Positions 30,075 to 40,313 of a stretch of DNA of 64,000 nt are shown here, one piece after another. A program made the translations under genes and the position numbers. The stretch is from an uncultured Deinococcaceae bacterium (GTDB lineage: Bacteria > Deinococcota > Deinococci > Deinococcales > Deinococcaceae): the NCBI GenBank assembly GCA_964252075.1, contig CAXULY010000006.1:32001-96000 (forward strand), in the 5' to 3' direction. The notes under the pieces are model-generated. The model did no database searches and was not told where the DNA came from. It saw only the letters and a list, made by a program, of their open reading frames with translations. How positions within the stretch are numbered: the stretch's first letter is position 1; the number at the start of each line of letters is the position of its first letter.

Positions 30075-30960
30075 GGGGGTCATGGCGCGGCGCGCACCCG
30101 GCCGGCCCGCCGCGCGCCGCGCGTGGCGGCACTTCGCCCGCAACCGCCTGGCGGTGGTGGGCGCCGCGGTGATCGCGCTGTTCTACCTCGCGGCGCTCCT
30201 CGCGCCGCTCGTGGCGGGGCACGACCCCCTCAAGCTGGACCTCGCGCACGCCTTCGCGCCGCCCGGCGCGGGCGGGCACCCGCTCGGGACGGACAACTTC
30301 GGGCGGGACATCCTCGCGCGCCTGATTTACGGCTCGCGCATCTCCCTCACGGCGGGCCTCCTGGTGGTCGCCATTGCGGCCGCCATCGGCACGGCGCTGG
30401 GGTTGCTCGCCGGGTACCTGCGCGGCTGGGTGGACGTGCTGATCATGCGCCTCGTGGAGGTGTTCTTCGCCTTCCCGTTTCTGGTGCTGGTCGTGGCGGT
30501 CATCGCGGTGCTCGGCCCGAACATCGTGAATGTCGTGTGGGTGCTGGGGCTGGTGAGCTGGCCCATCTACACGCGGCTGGTGCGCGCGCAGGTGCTGAGC
30601 CTGCGGCAGCGGGACTTCGTGGAGGCGGCGCGCGCCACGGGGTCCGGCCCGGCGCGCGTGATGCTGCGGCACATCCTGCCGAACAGCCTGACGCCCATCG
30701 TCGTCACCGCGACCTTCGGCGTGCCGCAGTCCATCCTGGCGCTCTCCGCGCTGGGCTTCCTGGGTCTGGGCGTGCAGCCCCCCACGCCGGAGTGGGGCAC
30801 CATGATCAACGAAGGCAAGAACTACATCCTGCAGACCCCGCTGCTGATCCTGTGGCCGGGCCTCGCCATCATGCTGGTCGTGATGGGCTTCAATTTCCTC
30901 GGGGACGGCCTGCGTCAGGCCCTCGACCCCCGCAGCGGCCTCACGGGAGGAGCATCATGA
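30067..30960 (+). CDS. Peptide ABC transporter permease (OppC/DppC)
   Basis: HPLGTDNFGRD, FVEAARATG, NFLGDGLR. Confidence 0.93.
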   Translation: MSEGVMARRAPGRPAARRAWRHFARNRLAVVGAAVIALFYLAALLAPLVAGHDPLKLDLAHAFAPPGAGGHPLGTDNFGRDILARLIYGSRISLTAGLLVVAIAAAIGTALGLLAGYLRGWVDVLIMRLVEVFFAFPFLVLVVAVIAVLGPNIVNVVWVLGLVSWPIYTRLVRAQVLSLRQRDFVEAARATGSGPARVMLRHILPNSLTPIVVTATFGVPQSILALSALGFLGLGVQPPTPEWGTMINEGKNYILQTPLLILWPGLAIMLVVMGFNFLGDGLRQALDPRSGLTGGAS

Positions 30961-32321
30961 CCGCCATTGACCCGCGCCTGGAACAGGTGCCGCACCACGA
31001 CCGCTTCCTGACGGTGGATGAGCTGTTTGCCCGCGCGCGCGAGGTGGCGCGCGAACACCCGGACCTCGCGACCTGCCGGGACGTGGGGCGCTCCACGGAC
31101 GGCGCGCCCATCCCCATGCTGAGCATCGGGCATGGGCCGCGCGCGGCGCTGCTGTACGCCTGCCCTCACCCGAACGAACCGATCGGCGCGATGCTGGTGC
31201 ACCACCTGATGCACGCCCTCATCGAGGACGAGGCGCTGCGCGGGGACTTCACGTGGCACCTGCTGCCCTGCGTGGACCCGGACGGCACGCGGCTCAACGA
31301 GGCGTGGTTCAGGGGGCCCTTCACGGTGCGCCATTACGCGCGGCACTTCTACCGCCCGCGCGCCGAGGAGCAGGTGGAGTGGACCTTCCCCGTGCAGCAC
31401 AAGCGCTACACCTGGGACACCCCCATTCCCGAGACGCAGGCCCTCATGCAGGCCCTGCAGGACACCCGGCCGGAATTCGTGTACGCGCTGCACAACGCGG
31501 GTTTCGGTGGCGTGTACTACTACCTCAGCCACGACCGGCCCGGCGCGTACCCGGCCTTCCACGGGCTTCCCGAGGCGCTGGGCCTGGTGCTCACGAAGGG
31601 CGAGCCGGAGGTGCCGTGGGCGGAGCAGCACGCGCCCGCCATCTTCGGGATGCTGCGCGTGCCGGACGCCTACGACTACTACGAGCGCTTCACGGACGCC
31701 GACCCCGCCACGCTGATGCACGGCGGCGGCTCCAGCAGCGATTACCTGCACGCGCTGGGCCTGGGTGACACCGTCATCCTGATCACCGAACTGCCGTACT
31801 TCCAGTCGCCGGCGGTGTCCGACGAGACGGAACTCCCCACCTCGCGCCGCGAGGTGCTGCTCGCGGGCCTCGACCACGGCGCGGGCATCAACGCGGCGCT
31901 GATGGGGATTCTGGCGCGCGTGCGGCCCGAGATGACCCTCGACTCCCGCTTCTGGCGCGCGTCGCACACCTTCATCGAGCAGGGCGGACCGGCCATCGAG
32001 GGCCAGCGGCAGGCCGTCATGAACGACGACGCGACGCTCGCGCCCGCCACCGTCGCGCAGCGCGCCGACGCAATGTACGTTTCGGCCTTTTATCAGGTGC
32101 TCGTCGCGAGCATGCTCAACCGGGCGCTGGAGGCGCAGCGCGCGCAGCAGGACCGCGCGGTGCTCGCGGACGCGCAGGCGGAACTGCAGGCGCACCTCGA
32201 CGCCTGGATCGACGAGATCGAGACGCAGCTGCCGTACACGCCCGTCCCGATCCGCACGGCGGTGCAGACGCAGCTCGGGGCGATGCTGGCGCTGCTGCCG
32301 CACCTGCGCGGGGAGCGCTGA
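30957..32321 (+). CDS. M14-family zinc carboxypeptidase-like protein
   Basis: GRSTDG, HPNE zinc motif, CVDPDG, PET, LHN. Confidence 0.85.
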   Translation: MTAIDPRLEQVPHHDRFLTVDELFARAREVAREHPDLATCRDVGRSTDGAPIPMLSIGHGPRAALLYACPHPNEPIGAMLVHHLMHALIEDEALRGDFTWHLLPCVDPDGTRLNEAWFRGPFTVRHYARHFYRPRAEEQVEWTFPVQHKRYTWDTPIPETQALMQALQDTRPEFVYALHNAGFGGVYYYLSHDRPGAYPAFHGLPEALGLVLTKGEPEVPWAEQHAPAIFGMLRVPDAYDYYERFTDADPATLMHGGGSSSDYLHALGLGDTVILITELPYFQSPAVSDETELPTSRREVLLAGLDHGAGINAALMGILARVRPEMTLDSRFWRASHTFIEQGGPAIEGQRQAVMNDDATLAPATVAQRADAMYVSAFYQVLVASMLNRALEAQRAQQDRAVLADAQAELQAHLDAWIDEIETQLPYTPVPIRTAVQTQLGAMLALLPHLRGER

Positions 32322-32326
32322 CGCCC

Positions 32327-32929
32327 ATGCACCTCGACCCGGCCTTCCTCATCACCAGTGAGCGGGACCTGACGGAAGCGTACCGCGCGCCGAGCGCGCT
32401 GGTGCGCGACAAGGTGATGGACCACATCGACGCGGACTTCGCGCGCATCATCACGCGCGCGCCGCTGGTGCTGCTCGCCACGGCGGGCGGGCAGGGCGTG
32501 GACTGCTCCCCGCGCGGCGACCCCGGCCAGACGGTGTTCGTGGAGGACCCCCGGACCCTCGTGCTGCCGGACCGCCCCGGCAACAACCGCATTGACAGCC
32601 TGCGCAACATCGTGCAGCGCCCGCAGGTGGGCCTGCTGTTCCTGGTGCCCGGGGTGAACGAGGCGTTTCGCGTGAACGGAACCGCGCAGATCACGCGCGA
32701 CCCGGCGCTCCTGCCGCGCTTCGCGTACAAGGAGCAGCTCCCGCGCGCGCTGGTGGTCATCACGGTGCAGGAGGCGTACCTGCACTGCGCGCGCGCCTTG
32801 CTGCGCGCCGACGTCTGGAACCCCGAGCGGCGGGTGCGCGGCGACGTCCTGCCGAACTTCGCGGCGATGCTCAGCCAGCAGACGCGCCGCCCGGTTCAGG
32901 ACGCCGACCTGGAGATCGAGGACCGCTGA
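32327..32929 (+). CDS. Pyridoxamine 5'-phosphate oxidase-like FMN-binding protein
   Basis: DCSPRGD, PDRPGNNRIDSL.NI, RVNG, HCARALLR. Confidence 0.88.
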   Translation: MHLDPAFLITSERDLTEAYRAPSALVRDKVMDHIDADFARIITRAPLVLLATAGGQGVDCSPRGDPGQTVFVEDPRTLVLPDRPGNNRIDSLRNIVQRPQVGLLFLVPGVNEAFRVNGTAQITRDPALLPRFAYKEQLPRALVVITVQEAYLHCARALLRADVWNPERRVRGDVLPNFAAMLSQQTRRPVQDADLEIEDR

Positions 32930-32933
32930 CGCA

Positions 32934-32967
32934 GCGGCGGGCGGGGCAGCATCGCCCCGCCCGCCGC
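32934..32967. terminator. Hairpin between convergent genes, probable bidirectional terminator
   Basis: 14-bp stem GCGGCGGGCGGGGC / GCCCCGCCCGCCGC with a 6-nt loop. Confidence 0.65.
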
Positions 32968-32979
32968 GCGCCGGTCCCT

Positions 32980-34116
32980 TCAGGCGTCGCCGAGGTTCAC
33001 GAAGCGCAGGTCCATGTCGGGGAGGTCGGTGAGGAAGGCGTGCAGGAGGTCCACGCTGCCCTCCAGGTCCCGCTGGTCCAGCACCTCGATGGGGCTGTGC
33101 GTGTAGCGGTTCGTGACGGACACCGCGCCCGCCGGCACGCCGCGGCCCAGGTACTGCAGGGCGCCCGCGTCCGTGCCGATGCCCTTCAGGATCTCGCGCT
33201 GCACCGTCACGCCGTGCGCCTGCGCGGCGGCCAGCAGGCCGCGCCGCACCGCCGGGTGCGCGAGCGTCGAGAAGTCCATGACCTTCACGGTGGGGCCCGC
33301 CCCGAGGCGCAGGTTCCCGCCCTGGATCTCGGGGGTGTCGTCGGCGGCGGTCATGTCGAGCGCGAGCGCCACGTCGCCCTGCAGGTGCCGCGCGAGGGCC
33401 TCCACGCCGCGCAGGCCCACCTCCTCCTGCACGCTGAACACCGCGACCAGCGTGACGGGCGGCGGCGCGCCCTGCAGGCGCTCCAGCAGCGCGAGGAGCG
33501 CGGCGCACCCGGCGCGGTCGTCGAGGGCGTGCGCGGTGAAGCGCCCGCTGTCCCGCCCGAGTTCGTCGAGGCTGCCCACGAAGCCCACCGGGTCCCCGAC
33601 CTGCACGCCCATGCCCTGGGCCTCGTCGGCGCTGCGCGCGCCGACATCCACGTACAGGTGCGCGTACGGCACGATGCTCGCGCGGTCCGCGTCGGTGAGC
33701 AGGTGCGCGCTCTTCGTGCCGATCACGCCGAGCACCCGCCCGCCGTCCGTGCGGACCCACACGCGCTGCGCGGGTAGGATGCGGTCGTCGAGCCCGCCGA
33801 CCTTCTCTAGGCGCAGGAAGCCGCTCGGCTCGATGTGCCGCACGCGGAAGCCGATCTCGTCCATGTGCGCGGAGATGATGCAGCGCCGCGCGTCCGGCGT
33901 GGCCGCCTCGCGCACCACGATGACGTTCCCGAAGGCGTCCACCTGCACGTCGTCCGCGAGGGCGCGGGCGGCCTGCACGACGAGGCGCACCACGTCCTCC
34001 TCGGAGCCGCTGGGGCCGGTCGCCTCGACGAGGCGGCGCAGGTGCGTCATGACGGCGGGTTCCTGGTTGGAGGGGCGGCTCGCGCGGTCCTCCTGGTTGG
34101 GGGTGTTGGTGGTCAT
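32980..34116 (-). CDS. M42 (TET-like) aminopeptidase
   Basis: SAHMDEIG, ALDDRAG, QEEVGLRG, GTDAG, YTHSP. Confidence 0.92.
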   Translation of the reverse strand: MTTNTPNQEDRASRPSNQEPAVMTHLRRLVEATGPSGSEEDVVRLVVQAARALADDVQVDAFGNVIVVREAATPDARRCIISAHMDEIGFRVRHIEPSGFLRLEKVGGLDDRILPAQRVWVRTDGGRVLGVIGTKSAHLLTDADRASIVPYAHLYVDVGARSADEAQGMGVQVGDPVGFVGSLDELGRDSGRFTAHALDDRAGCAALLALLERLQGAPPPVTLVAVFSVQEEVGLRGVEALARHLQGDVALALDMTAADDTPEIQGGNLRLGAGPTVKVMDFSTLAHPAVRRGLLAAAQAHGVTVQREILKGIGTDAGALQYLGRGVPAGAVSVTNRYTHSPIEVLDQRDLEGSVDLLHAFLTDLPDMDLRFVNLGDA

Positions 34117-34150
34117 GGTTCCTCGGTGGGTGTGGGGGGGTGGGGGCGCG

Positions 34151-35731
34151 TCACTGGTCCTTGACGGACCAGTTCTGGTACACGAAGCCCCACACGGGGT
34201 GGTGACTGAAGTTCTGGATGCGGGGGTTCACGAAGTCGTACACCACCGGGTAGAACAGCGGCACCCAGGGGTGGTCCGCGAGGATGGTCTTCTGCGCCTG
34301 CTGGTACATGGGGACGCTCGCCTTGAGGTTCACGCCCTGCGCCTTGTCGAGCGTGGCGTCCACGGCCTTGTTGCTGTACCCGGAGAGGTTCCAGCCGCCC
34401 GCGGTGTACGACGTGCTCTTGAATAAGATGGGCAGGAAGTCCGAGGCGTCCGGGTACGCCTGGTACCAGCCGGACAGGCCGATGGCGGTCGTGCCGGGCG
34501 TCGTCATGGTGTTGATCCACTCCGCCTGCGGGAGCGCCTTGATGTTCGCCTTGATGCCGATCACCGCGAGCTGCTGCTGGACGGCCTGCGCGATCTTGTT
34601 GAAGGTCTCGTCGTTCGAGGTGAGGAGGGTGGTGCTCACGCCGCCCTTCAGGCCCGCCTGCGCCATCAGGGCCTTGCCTTTCGCGGGGTCGTAACTGACG
34701 TCCTGCACGCTCGCGTCGTTCCCCGCGAGGCCCGGCGGGAGGATCTGGTTGGCGACCTTGCCGCGCCCGTTCACGAGCTGCAGGATGCGTTTCTTGTCGA
34801 TGGCGTGCGCGACCGCCTCGCGCACCAGTTTGTTGTCGAACGGCGCCTTCTGGGTGTTCATGTACAGGTAGTCCACGCCGATCTGCACGGCGTCGTGCAC
34901 GTAGGTCTTGTAGCGGGGGTTGCGCTGGATGGCGGCGAACTGCGCGCTGGGAATGCCGTTGCCGAGCACGTCCACGTCGCCGCGCTGCGCGCGCAGCAGG
35001 GAGACCTGTTCGTTCAGGCCGAGCAGGATGTGCACCTCGTCGAGCTTCGCGGCGTTCGCCTGGTCGAAGTACTTGGGGTTCTTCGCGAGCACCATCTCCT
35101 GCCCGGGCACCCAGGACTTCAGGGTGAAGGGGCCGTTTCCGACGACGTGGTGGGAGTAGTCGCTGCCCCACTGCTCGGCGGCCTTGCGCGCCACGGGGGA
35201 CGCGAAGGGCGTCGCGAGGTAATTCAGGAAGGTGCGGTCCGGCTTCTTGAGCTGGAAGGTGATGGTGTACGGGTCCGGCACCTTGATGCCGCTCACGTCC
35301 TTGGCCTTGCCGTCCACGAAGGCGTCGGAGCCCACGAGGTTCCCGAACCAGCCGGCCTTGCCGCTCTGCGGGCTCTTGCTCTTGGGGTTCAGCACGCGCT
35401 CGATGGCGTACTTGTAGCTGGCGGCGTCGGTGGGTTCGCCGTCCGCGAAGGTGATGCCCTTCCTGATGTGGAAGGTGTAGGTCTTGCCGTCCGCGCTGGC
35501 CTTGCCGAGGTCCGTGGCGGCCCACGGCACCAGGGTGGTGCCCTCGCGGTACGTCAGGAGCGTGACGAACAGGGCGTGCTCGACGGGCCAGTTCTGCACG
35601 TCGTCCCCGATGGCCGGGTCGAGGGTGTGAAAGTCCGAGGGGTACGCGATGGTGACGCTGTTCGCGGCGAGGGCGGGCGCGACCGAGAGGGCGGCGGTGA
35701 CGGTGAGGGTGGTGCAGAGGCGACGAAGCAT
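34151..35731 (-). CDS. Peptide ABC transporter substrate-binding protein (tandem copy 2)
   Basis: Signal peptide, LDPAIG, FHIRKGITFADG, GNGPF. Confidence 0.92.
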   Translation of the reverse strand: MLRRLCTTLTVTAALSVAPALAANSVTIAYPSDFHTLDPAIGDDVQNWPVEHALFVTLLTYREGTTLVPWAATDLGKASADGKTYTFHIRKGITFADGEPTDAASYKYAIERVLNPKSKSPQSGKAGWFGNLVGSDAFVDGKAKDVSGIKVPDPYTITFQLKKPDRTFLNYLATPFASPVARKAAEQWGSDYSHHVVGNGPFTLKSWVPGQEMVLAKNPKYFDQANAAKLDEVHILLGLNEQVSLLRAQRGDVDVLGNGIPSAQFAAIQRNPRYKTYVHDAVQIGVDYLYMNTQKAPFDNKLVREAVAHAIDKKRILQLVNGRGKVANQILPPGLAGNDASVQDVSYDPAKGKALMAQAGLKGGVSTTLLTSNDETFNKIAQAVQQQLAVIGIKANIKALPQAEWINTMTTPGTTAIGLSGWYQAYPDASDFLPILFKSTSYTAGGWNLSGYSNKAVDATLDKAQGVNLKASVPMYQQAQKTILADHPWVPLFYPVVYDFVNPRIQNFSHHPVWGFVYQNWSVKDQ

Positions 35732-35777
35732 GATGGGTCCTTCTCGGGGCGCGGGCCGCCCCGGGCGGGTCGCGGGT

Positions 35778-37358
35778 TTACTTGAGCTGCCAGTCCTGGT
35801 AGACGTAATTCCAGACGGGGTGCACGGCGACGTTCGTGACGCGCGGGTTCACGAAGTCGTACTGGATGGGGTTGTACAGCGGCACCCAGGGGGCGTCCGC
35901 GAGGATCTCCTTCTGCACCTTCTGGTAGCCGGGAATCGCCTGCTTGAGGGGTTGGCCGCGCAGCTTCACGAGTTGCGCGTCCACGGCGGGGTTCTTGTAG
36001 TTCGCGAGGTTGAAGCCGCCGGGCTGCACGTACGCCGCCTCGAACAGCACGTCCGTGAAGTCCGAGGGGTCCGGGTAGTCCTGGAACCACGCGGAGACGC
36101 CGATGGCGGTCGTGCCGGGCGTGGTGATGGTGTTGATGTACTCTGCGCCCGGGAGCGCCTTGATGTTCACCTTCAGGCCGATCGCGGCGAGCTGCTGCTG
36201 CGCCGCCTGCGCGAGCTTCGGGCCGGGCTCGTCGGACATCGTGACGAGCGTGATGGGCTCGCCCGCCTGGAAGCCCGCCTGCTTGAGGAGCGCGCTGCCC
36301 TTCGCGGGGTCCGCGGCGGGCACGGTGATGCTGGGGTCGTAGCCGGGCATGCCGGGCGGGAGGATCTGCGCGGTGGTCTTGCCACGCCCGTTCACGAGCT
36401 GCACCATGCGCGCCCGGTCAATCGCGGCGTTCACCGCCTGGCGCACCAGTTTGTTGTTGAAGGGCGCGACCTGCGTGTTCATGAACAGGTAGTACGTGCC
36501 GACCTGCACGAGGCTCTTCACGTAGGGCTTGAAGCGCTGGTTGGTGCTGATGCTGGCGAACTGCGCGCTGGGGATGCCGTTGCCGAGCACGTCCACCTGC
36601 CCGCTCTGCGCGCGCAGCAGCGACACCTGCTCGCTGAGGCCCAGCTGGAATTCGATGGTGGGGACCTTTGCGGCGTTGGCCTTGTCGAAGTAGTTGGGGT
36701 TCTTCACGAGCACGGCGCGCTGCCCCGGCACCCAGGACTGCAGGGTGTACGGCCCGTTCCCGACCACGTGGTGGGAGTAATCGCTGCCCCATTTCTCGGC
36801 GGCCTTGCGCGCGACCGCGGCGGAGAAGGGGGTGGCGAGGACGTTGAGGAAGGTGCGGTCGGGGGTCTTGAGCTGGAACTGAATGGTGTACGGGTCAATG
36901 ACCTTGATGCCGCTGACTGATTTGGCCTTCCCGTTCACGTACGCGTCCGCGCCCACCAGTCCGCCGTACCAGCCGCCCGTGCCGCCCTGGGGCGACTTGG
37001 TTTTGGGGTTCAGGATGCGTTCGATGGCGTACTTGTAGCTGGCGGCGTCGGTGGGCTCACCGTCCGCGAAGGTGATGCCCTTCCTGATGTGGAAGGTGTA
37101 GGTTTTGCCGTCCGCGCTGACCTGCCCGAGGTCCGTGGCGCCCCACGGCTTCAGGTCCGTGCCCTGTCCGTACGTCAGCAAGGTCACGAACAGCGCGTGC
37201 TCCACCGGCCAGTTCTGCACGTCGTACCCGATGGCCGGGTCGAGGCTCTGGAAGTCCGAGGGGTACGCGACCGTGACGGTGCTCCCGGCGGCGAGCGCGG
37301 GGCTGGCGGTCAGGGCGAGGGTCAGGCCGAGCAGGGACACGAGCGGGCGTTTCTTCAT
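35778..37358 (-). CDS. Peptide ABC transporter substrate-binding protein (tandem copy 1)
   Basis: Close paralog of 34151..35731 with the same length (526 aa). Confidence 0.92.
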   Translation of the reverse strand: MKKRPLVSLLGLTLALTASPALAAGSTVTVAYPSDFQSLDPAIGYDVQNWPVEHALFVTLLTYGQGTDLKPWGATDLGQVSADGKTYTFHIRKGITFADGEPTDAASYKYAIERILNPKTKSPQGGTGGWYGGLVGADAYVNGKAKSVSGIKVIDPYTIQFQLKTPDRTFLNVLATPFSAAVARKAAEKWGSDYSHHVVGNGPYTLQSWVPGQRAVLVKNPNYFDKANAAKVPTIEFQLGLSEQVSLLRAQSGQVDVLGNGIPSAQFASISTNQRFKPYVKSLVQVGTYYLFMNTQVAPFNNKLVRQAVNAAIDRARMVQLVNGRGKTTAQILPPGMPGYDPSITVPAADPAKGSALLKQAGFQAGEPITLVTMSDEPGPKLAQAAQQQLAAIGLKVNIKALPGAEYINTITTPGTTAIGVSAWFQDYPDPSDFTDVLFEAAYVQPGGFNLANYKNPAVDAQLVKLRGQPLKQAIPGYQKVQKEILADAPWVPLYNPIQYDFVNPRVTNVAVHPVWNYVYQDWQLK

Positions 37359-37383
37359 GCGGTTCCTTTCGGGCGCGGGCGGC

Positions 37384-38304
37384 TCACACCGTCACGCGCG
37401 GGTCGATCAGGGTGTACACCACGTCCACGATCACGTTCGCCAGCACGATGCACAGCGCCGAGAACAGCACGGTGCCCATGATCATGGGAAGGTCGATGTT
37501 CTGCACGGCCTGCCACGCGAGCGTCCCGATGCCCGGCCAACCGAACACTTGCTCGATGATGAGCGCGCCGCCCAGCAGCACGCCGAGGTCCAGCGCGGTC
37601 ATGGTGATGAGGGGCCGTAGGGCGTTCTTGAAGGCGTGCTTGAACATCACGCGCCGGGGGGTCACGCCCTTGGCGCGCGCGGTGCGGATGTAGTCCTCGC
37701 CGAGCACCTCCAGCAGGCTCGCGCGGCCCATGCGGGCGTAGTACCCCGCGCCGGACAGCCCGAGCGTGAGGGCGGGCAGCAGCAGGCTGATGGGTCCGGC
37801 GTCCGCGCCGCCCAGGGGCAGGATGGGGTACAGGTACCCGAAGACGTACAGCAAGATGATGCCCAGCCAGAAGGACGGGATGGCCAGCGTGAGCAGCACG
37901 AAGGTGCTGGCGAGGCCGTCCACCGCGCGGAGTTTGGTGCCCGCGGCGAGCAGGCCGATGGACGCGCCGATCAGCACCTCGAAGGCGAGGCCCGCCAGCG
38001 CCAGCGCCAGGGTGTACGGGAAGCGCTGCAGGATGGTGGGGAGCACCTGCTGCTCGGTCTTGTACGAGCGGCCCAGGTCGCCGCGCACGGCGTGCCCGAT
38101 GAAGCGCCCGTACTGCACGTAGAACGGCTGGTCGAGGCCCAGCTGGTGCGAGATGCTGCGCACGGTGGCGGGGCTGGCGTTCGGCCCGGCGATCATGCGG
38201 GCGGGGTCGGCGGGCACCTTGTAGCCCACGAAGAAGGTCAGCAGGGACGCGCACAGGAGCACCACGACGCTCCAGGCGATGCGGCGCGCGAGGAAGGACA
38301 GCAT
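37384..38304 (-). CDS. Peptide ABC transporter permease (OppB/DppB)
   Basis: DYIRTARAKG, EQVFGWPGIG, DPRV. Confidence 0.93.
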   Translation of the reverse strand: MLSFLARRIAWSVVVLLCASLLTFFVGYKVPADPARMIAGPNASPATVRSISHQLGLDQPFYVQYGRFIGHAVRGDLGRSYKTEQQVLPTILQRFPYTLALALAGLAFEVLIGASIGLLAAGTKLRAVDGLASTFVLLTLAIPSFWLGIILLYVFGYLYPILPLGGADAGPISLLLPALTLGLSGAGYYARMGRASLLEVLGEDYIRTARAKGVTPRRVMFKHAFKNALRPLITMTALDLGVLLGGALIIEQVFGWPGIGTLAWQAVQNIDLPMIMGTVLFSALCIVLANVIVDVVYTLIDPRVTV

Positions 38305-38305
38305 G

Positions 38306-39217
38306 TCAGAGGGCCTTCTTTCCGCTTTTGGGGTCCAGCGCGTCGCGCAGGCCGTCGCCCAGCAGGTTGAAGCTCAGCACCGAGAGCCCCAGGAACACGC
38401 CGGGGAAGATGACCAGCCAGGGACTCACGGTGAGGTACTGCGAGCCGTCCGCGATCATGTTCCCCCAGTCCGGGGTGGGGGGCTGCACGCCGATGCCGAC
38501 GTAGGAGAGCGCCGCGACGAACAGCACGGTGGTGGAGAAGTTCAGGGTGGAGTACACCAGCACCTGACCCAGCACCTGCGGCACCGCGTGGCGGAACACG
38601 ATGCGTGCGTCGCTCGCGCCGAGCGCGAGGGCGGCGTCGATGTACTCGCGGTGCCGGATGGAGAGCAGTTCCGCGCGGATGACGCGCGCGAGGTAGAACC
38701 ACGACACGCCGCCGATCACCGCGATGATCACGCCGATGCCGGGGCGCAGCACCGCCGCCAGGAACGCCGCGAGGAGAAGCACCGGGAAGCTGATGAGCAC
38801 GTCCGTGAGGCGCATGATGAGGGTGTCCACGAGCCCGCCGAAGTACCCGGCGATGGTGCCGAGCACCAGCGCGACGCTGGTCGCGATGACGTTCGCGAGC
38901 ACCGCGATGAACAGCGAGGTGCGCGTCCCGAAGATCAGGCGGCTGTACACGTCGCGCCCGAGGGCGTCCGTGCCGAACCAGAAGTTGTGCGTGGGGGGCA
39001 GCGGCGCGCCGAGGTCGGAGAGGCCGTTCGGGTACTGCACGGCCGGGTCGTGCGGCGCGAGGAGCGGCGCGAACACGCAGATGACCAGCAGCAGCAGCGT
39101 GATGACGAGGCCCAGGATCGCGCCCGGCTGGCGTCGGAAGCGGCGCCAGAAGGCCTGCGAGGCGCGGTCCGGGGTGACGTTCGGGGGGATGGACGCGGTC
39201 GAAGCGACGGCTTTCAA
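38306..39217 (-). CDS. Peptide ABC transporter permease (OppC/DppC)
   Basis: FGTDALGRD, YIDAALALG, NLLGDGLRD. Confidence 0.92.
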   Translation of the reverse strand: MKAVASTASIPPNVTPDRASQAFWRRFRRQPGAILGLVITLLLLVICVFAPLLAPHDPAVQYPNGLSDLGAPLPPTHNFWFGTDALGRDVYSRLIFGTRTSLFIAVLANVIATSVALVLGTIAGYFGGLVDTLIMRLTDVLISFPVLLLAAFLAAVLRPGIGVIIAVIGGVSWFYLARVIRAELLSIRHREYIDAALALGASDARIVFRHAVPQVLGQVLVYSTLNFSTTVLFVAALSYVGIGVQPPTPDWGNMIADGSQYLTVSPWLVIFPGVFLGLSVLSFNLLGDGLRDALDPKSGKKAL

Positions 39218-39250
39218 TGGGTCCTCACGGTGCGGTTCATGGGGGCGGGG

Positions 39251-40165
39251 TCAGCGGGGCGGCGTGGCCTGGAAGGTGCCCTGCTCGACGTCGTGCAGGA
39301 ACGCCTGGAGGGCGGTGAAGTAGGTGTCGGCGTCGTCCCACATGCTGAGGTGACTGCCGTTCTCGCAGATGGACACGCGGCTGTTCGGGATGCGGCGGCC
39401 CATCTCCTCGATGTCCTCGGGGCGCATGGTGTCGTGGCGGCCCACCGAGAGCAGGGTGGGCACGGTGATGCGGTGCAGGTCCGCCCAGCGGTCCCAGTCT
39501 TTGAAGTTGCCGGTCACCATGAATTCGTTAGGGCCCTGCATGGTGTTGTACACGGGCGCGGCGAGGTGCCCGAACATGCGCTGCACGGGTTCCGGCCACG
39601 GCACGACGCGGCAGATGTGCTGGTTGTAGAGCTTCATCAGGGGGGCCTGGTACTCGGGCGCGTCGAGGTCGCCCGCCGCCTCGTGGCGGCGCATGACCTC
39701 CACCTCCTCGGGCGAGAGGCGCTCGCGCAGCGCGTTGATGTACGTCATGTACGACCCGATGCTGGCCGTCATGTTGCTGACGATGAGGCCCTTGAGGTGC
39801 TGCTGGTACTTCAGGGCGTACTCGATGCCAAGCATGCCGCCCCAGGAGTTCCCGAACAGGTAGAAGTCCTCCAGACCGAGCGCGGCGCGCACCTGCTCGA
39901 CCTCCTCGCGGAAGCGCTCGACGGTCCAGAGGCTGGGGTCGTCCGGCTGGTCGGAGTAGAACGAGCCGAGCTGGTCATAGTAGTAGAAGGTGTACGCGTC
40001 GGGTGACAGCCAGCGCTCGAAGCACTCGAAGTACTCGTGCGTGCAGCCGGGGCCGCCGTGCAGCAGCAGCAGCGTGATCGGGCCGTGCCCCACCCGCCGG
40101 GTCCAGACGTGGTACCGGCCATCCACCTGGATGCGTTGGACGTCAGCTTCTTCGGATACGGTCAT
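39251..40165 (-). CDS. Proline iminopeptidase / L-amino acid amidase (S33)
   Basis: LHGGPG, YDQLG, GNSWGG, MQGPNEF, GSH. Confidence 0.92.
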   Translation of the reverse strand: MTVSEEADVQRIQVDGRYHVWTRRVGHGPITLLLLHGGPGCTHEYFECFERWLSPDAYTFYYYDQLGSFYSDQPDDPSLWTVERFREEVEQVRAALGLEDFYLFGNSWGGMLGIEYALKYQQHLKGLIVSNMTASIGSYMTYINALRERLSPEEVEVMRRHEAAGDLDAPEYQAPLMKLYNQHICRVVPWPEPVQRMFGHLAAPVYNTMQGPNEFMVTGNFKDWDRWADLHRITVPTLLSVGRHDTMRPEDIEEMGRRIPNSRVSICENGSHLSMWDDADTYFTALQAFLHDVEQGTFQATPPR

Positions 40166-40313
40166 GTGCGGCTCCCGGTCAGCAATGGAGAAGGGCGGGC
40201 GCGCGGCCCGGCACGGTGTTCAGCGACGATTTGTGATTTGCAGGGTAACCCGAATTTGCCGTATCGTCAACCAAAGCGAATTTTCTTCACGAAATTGCGG
40301 AATAGAGGAACGA

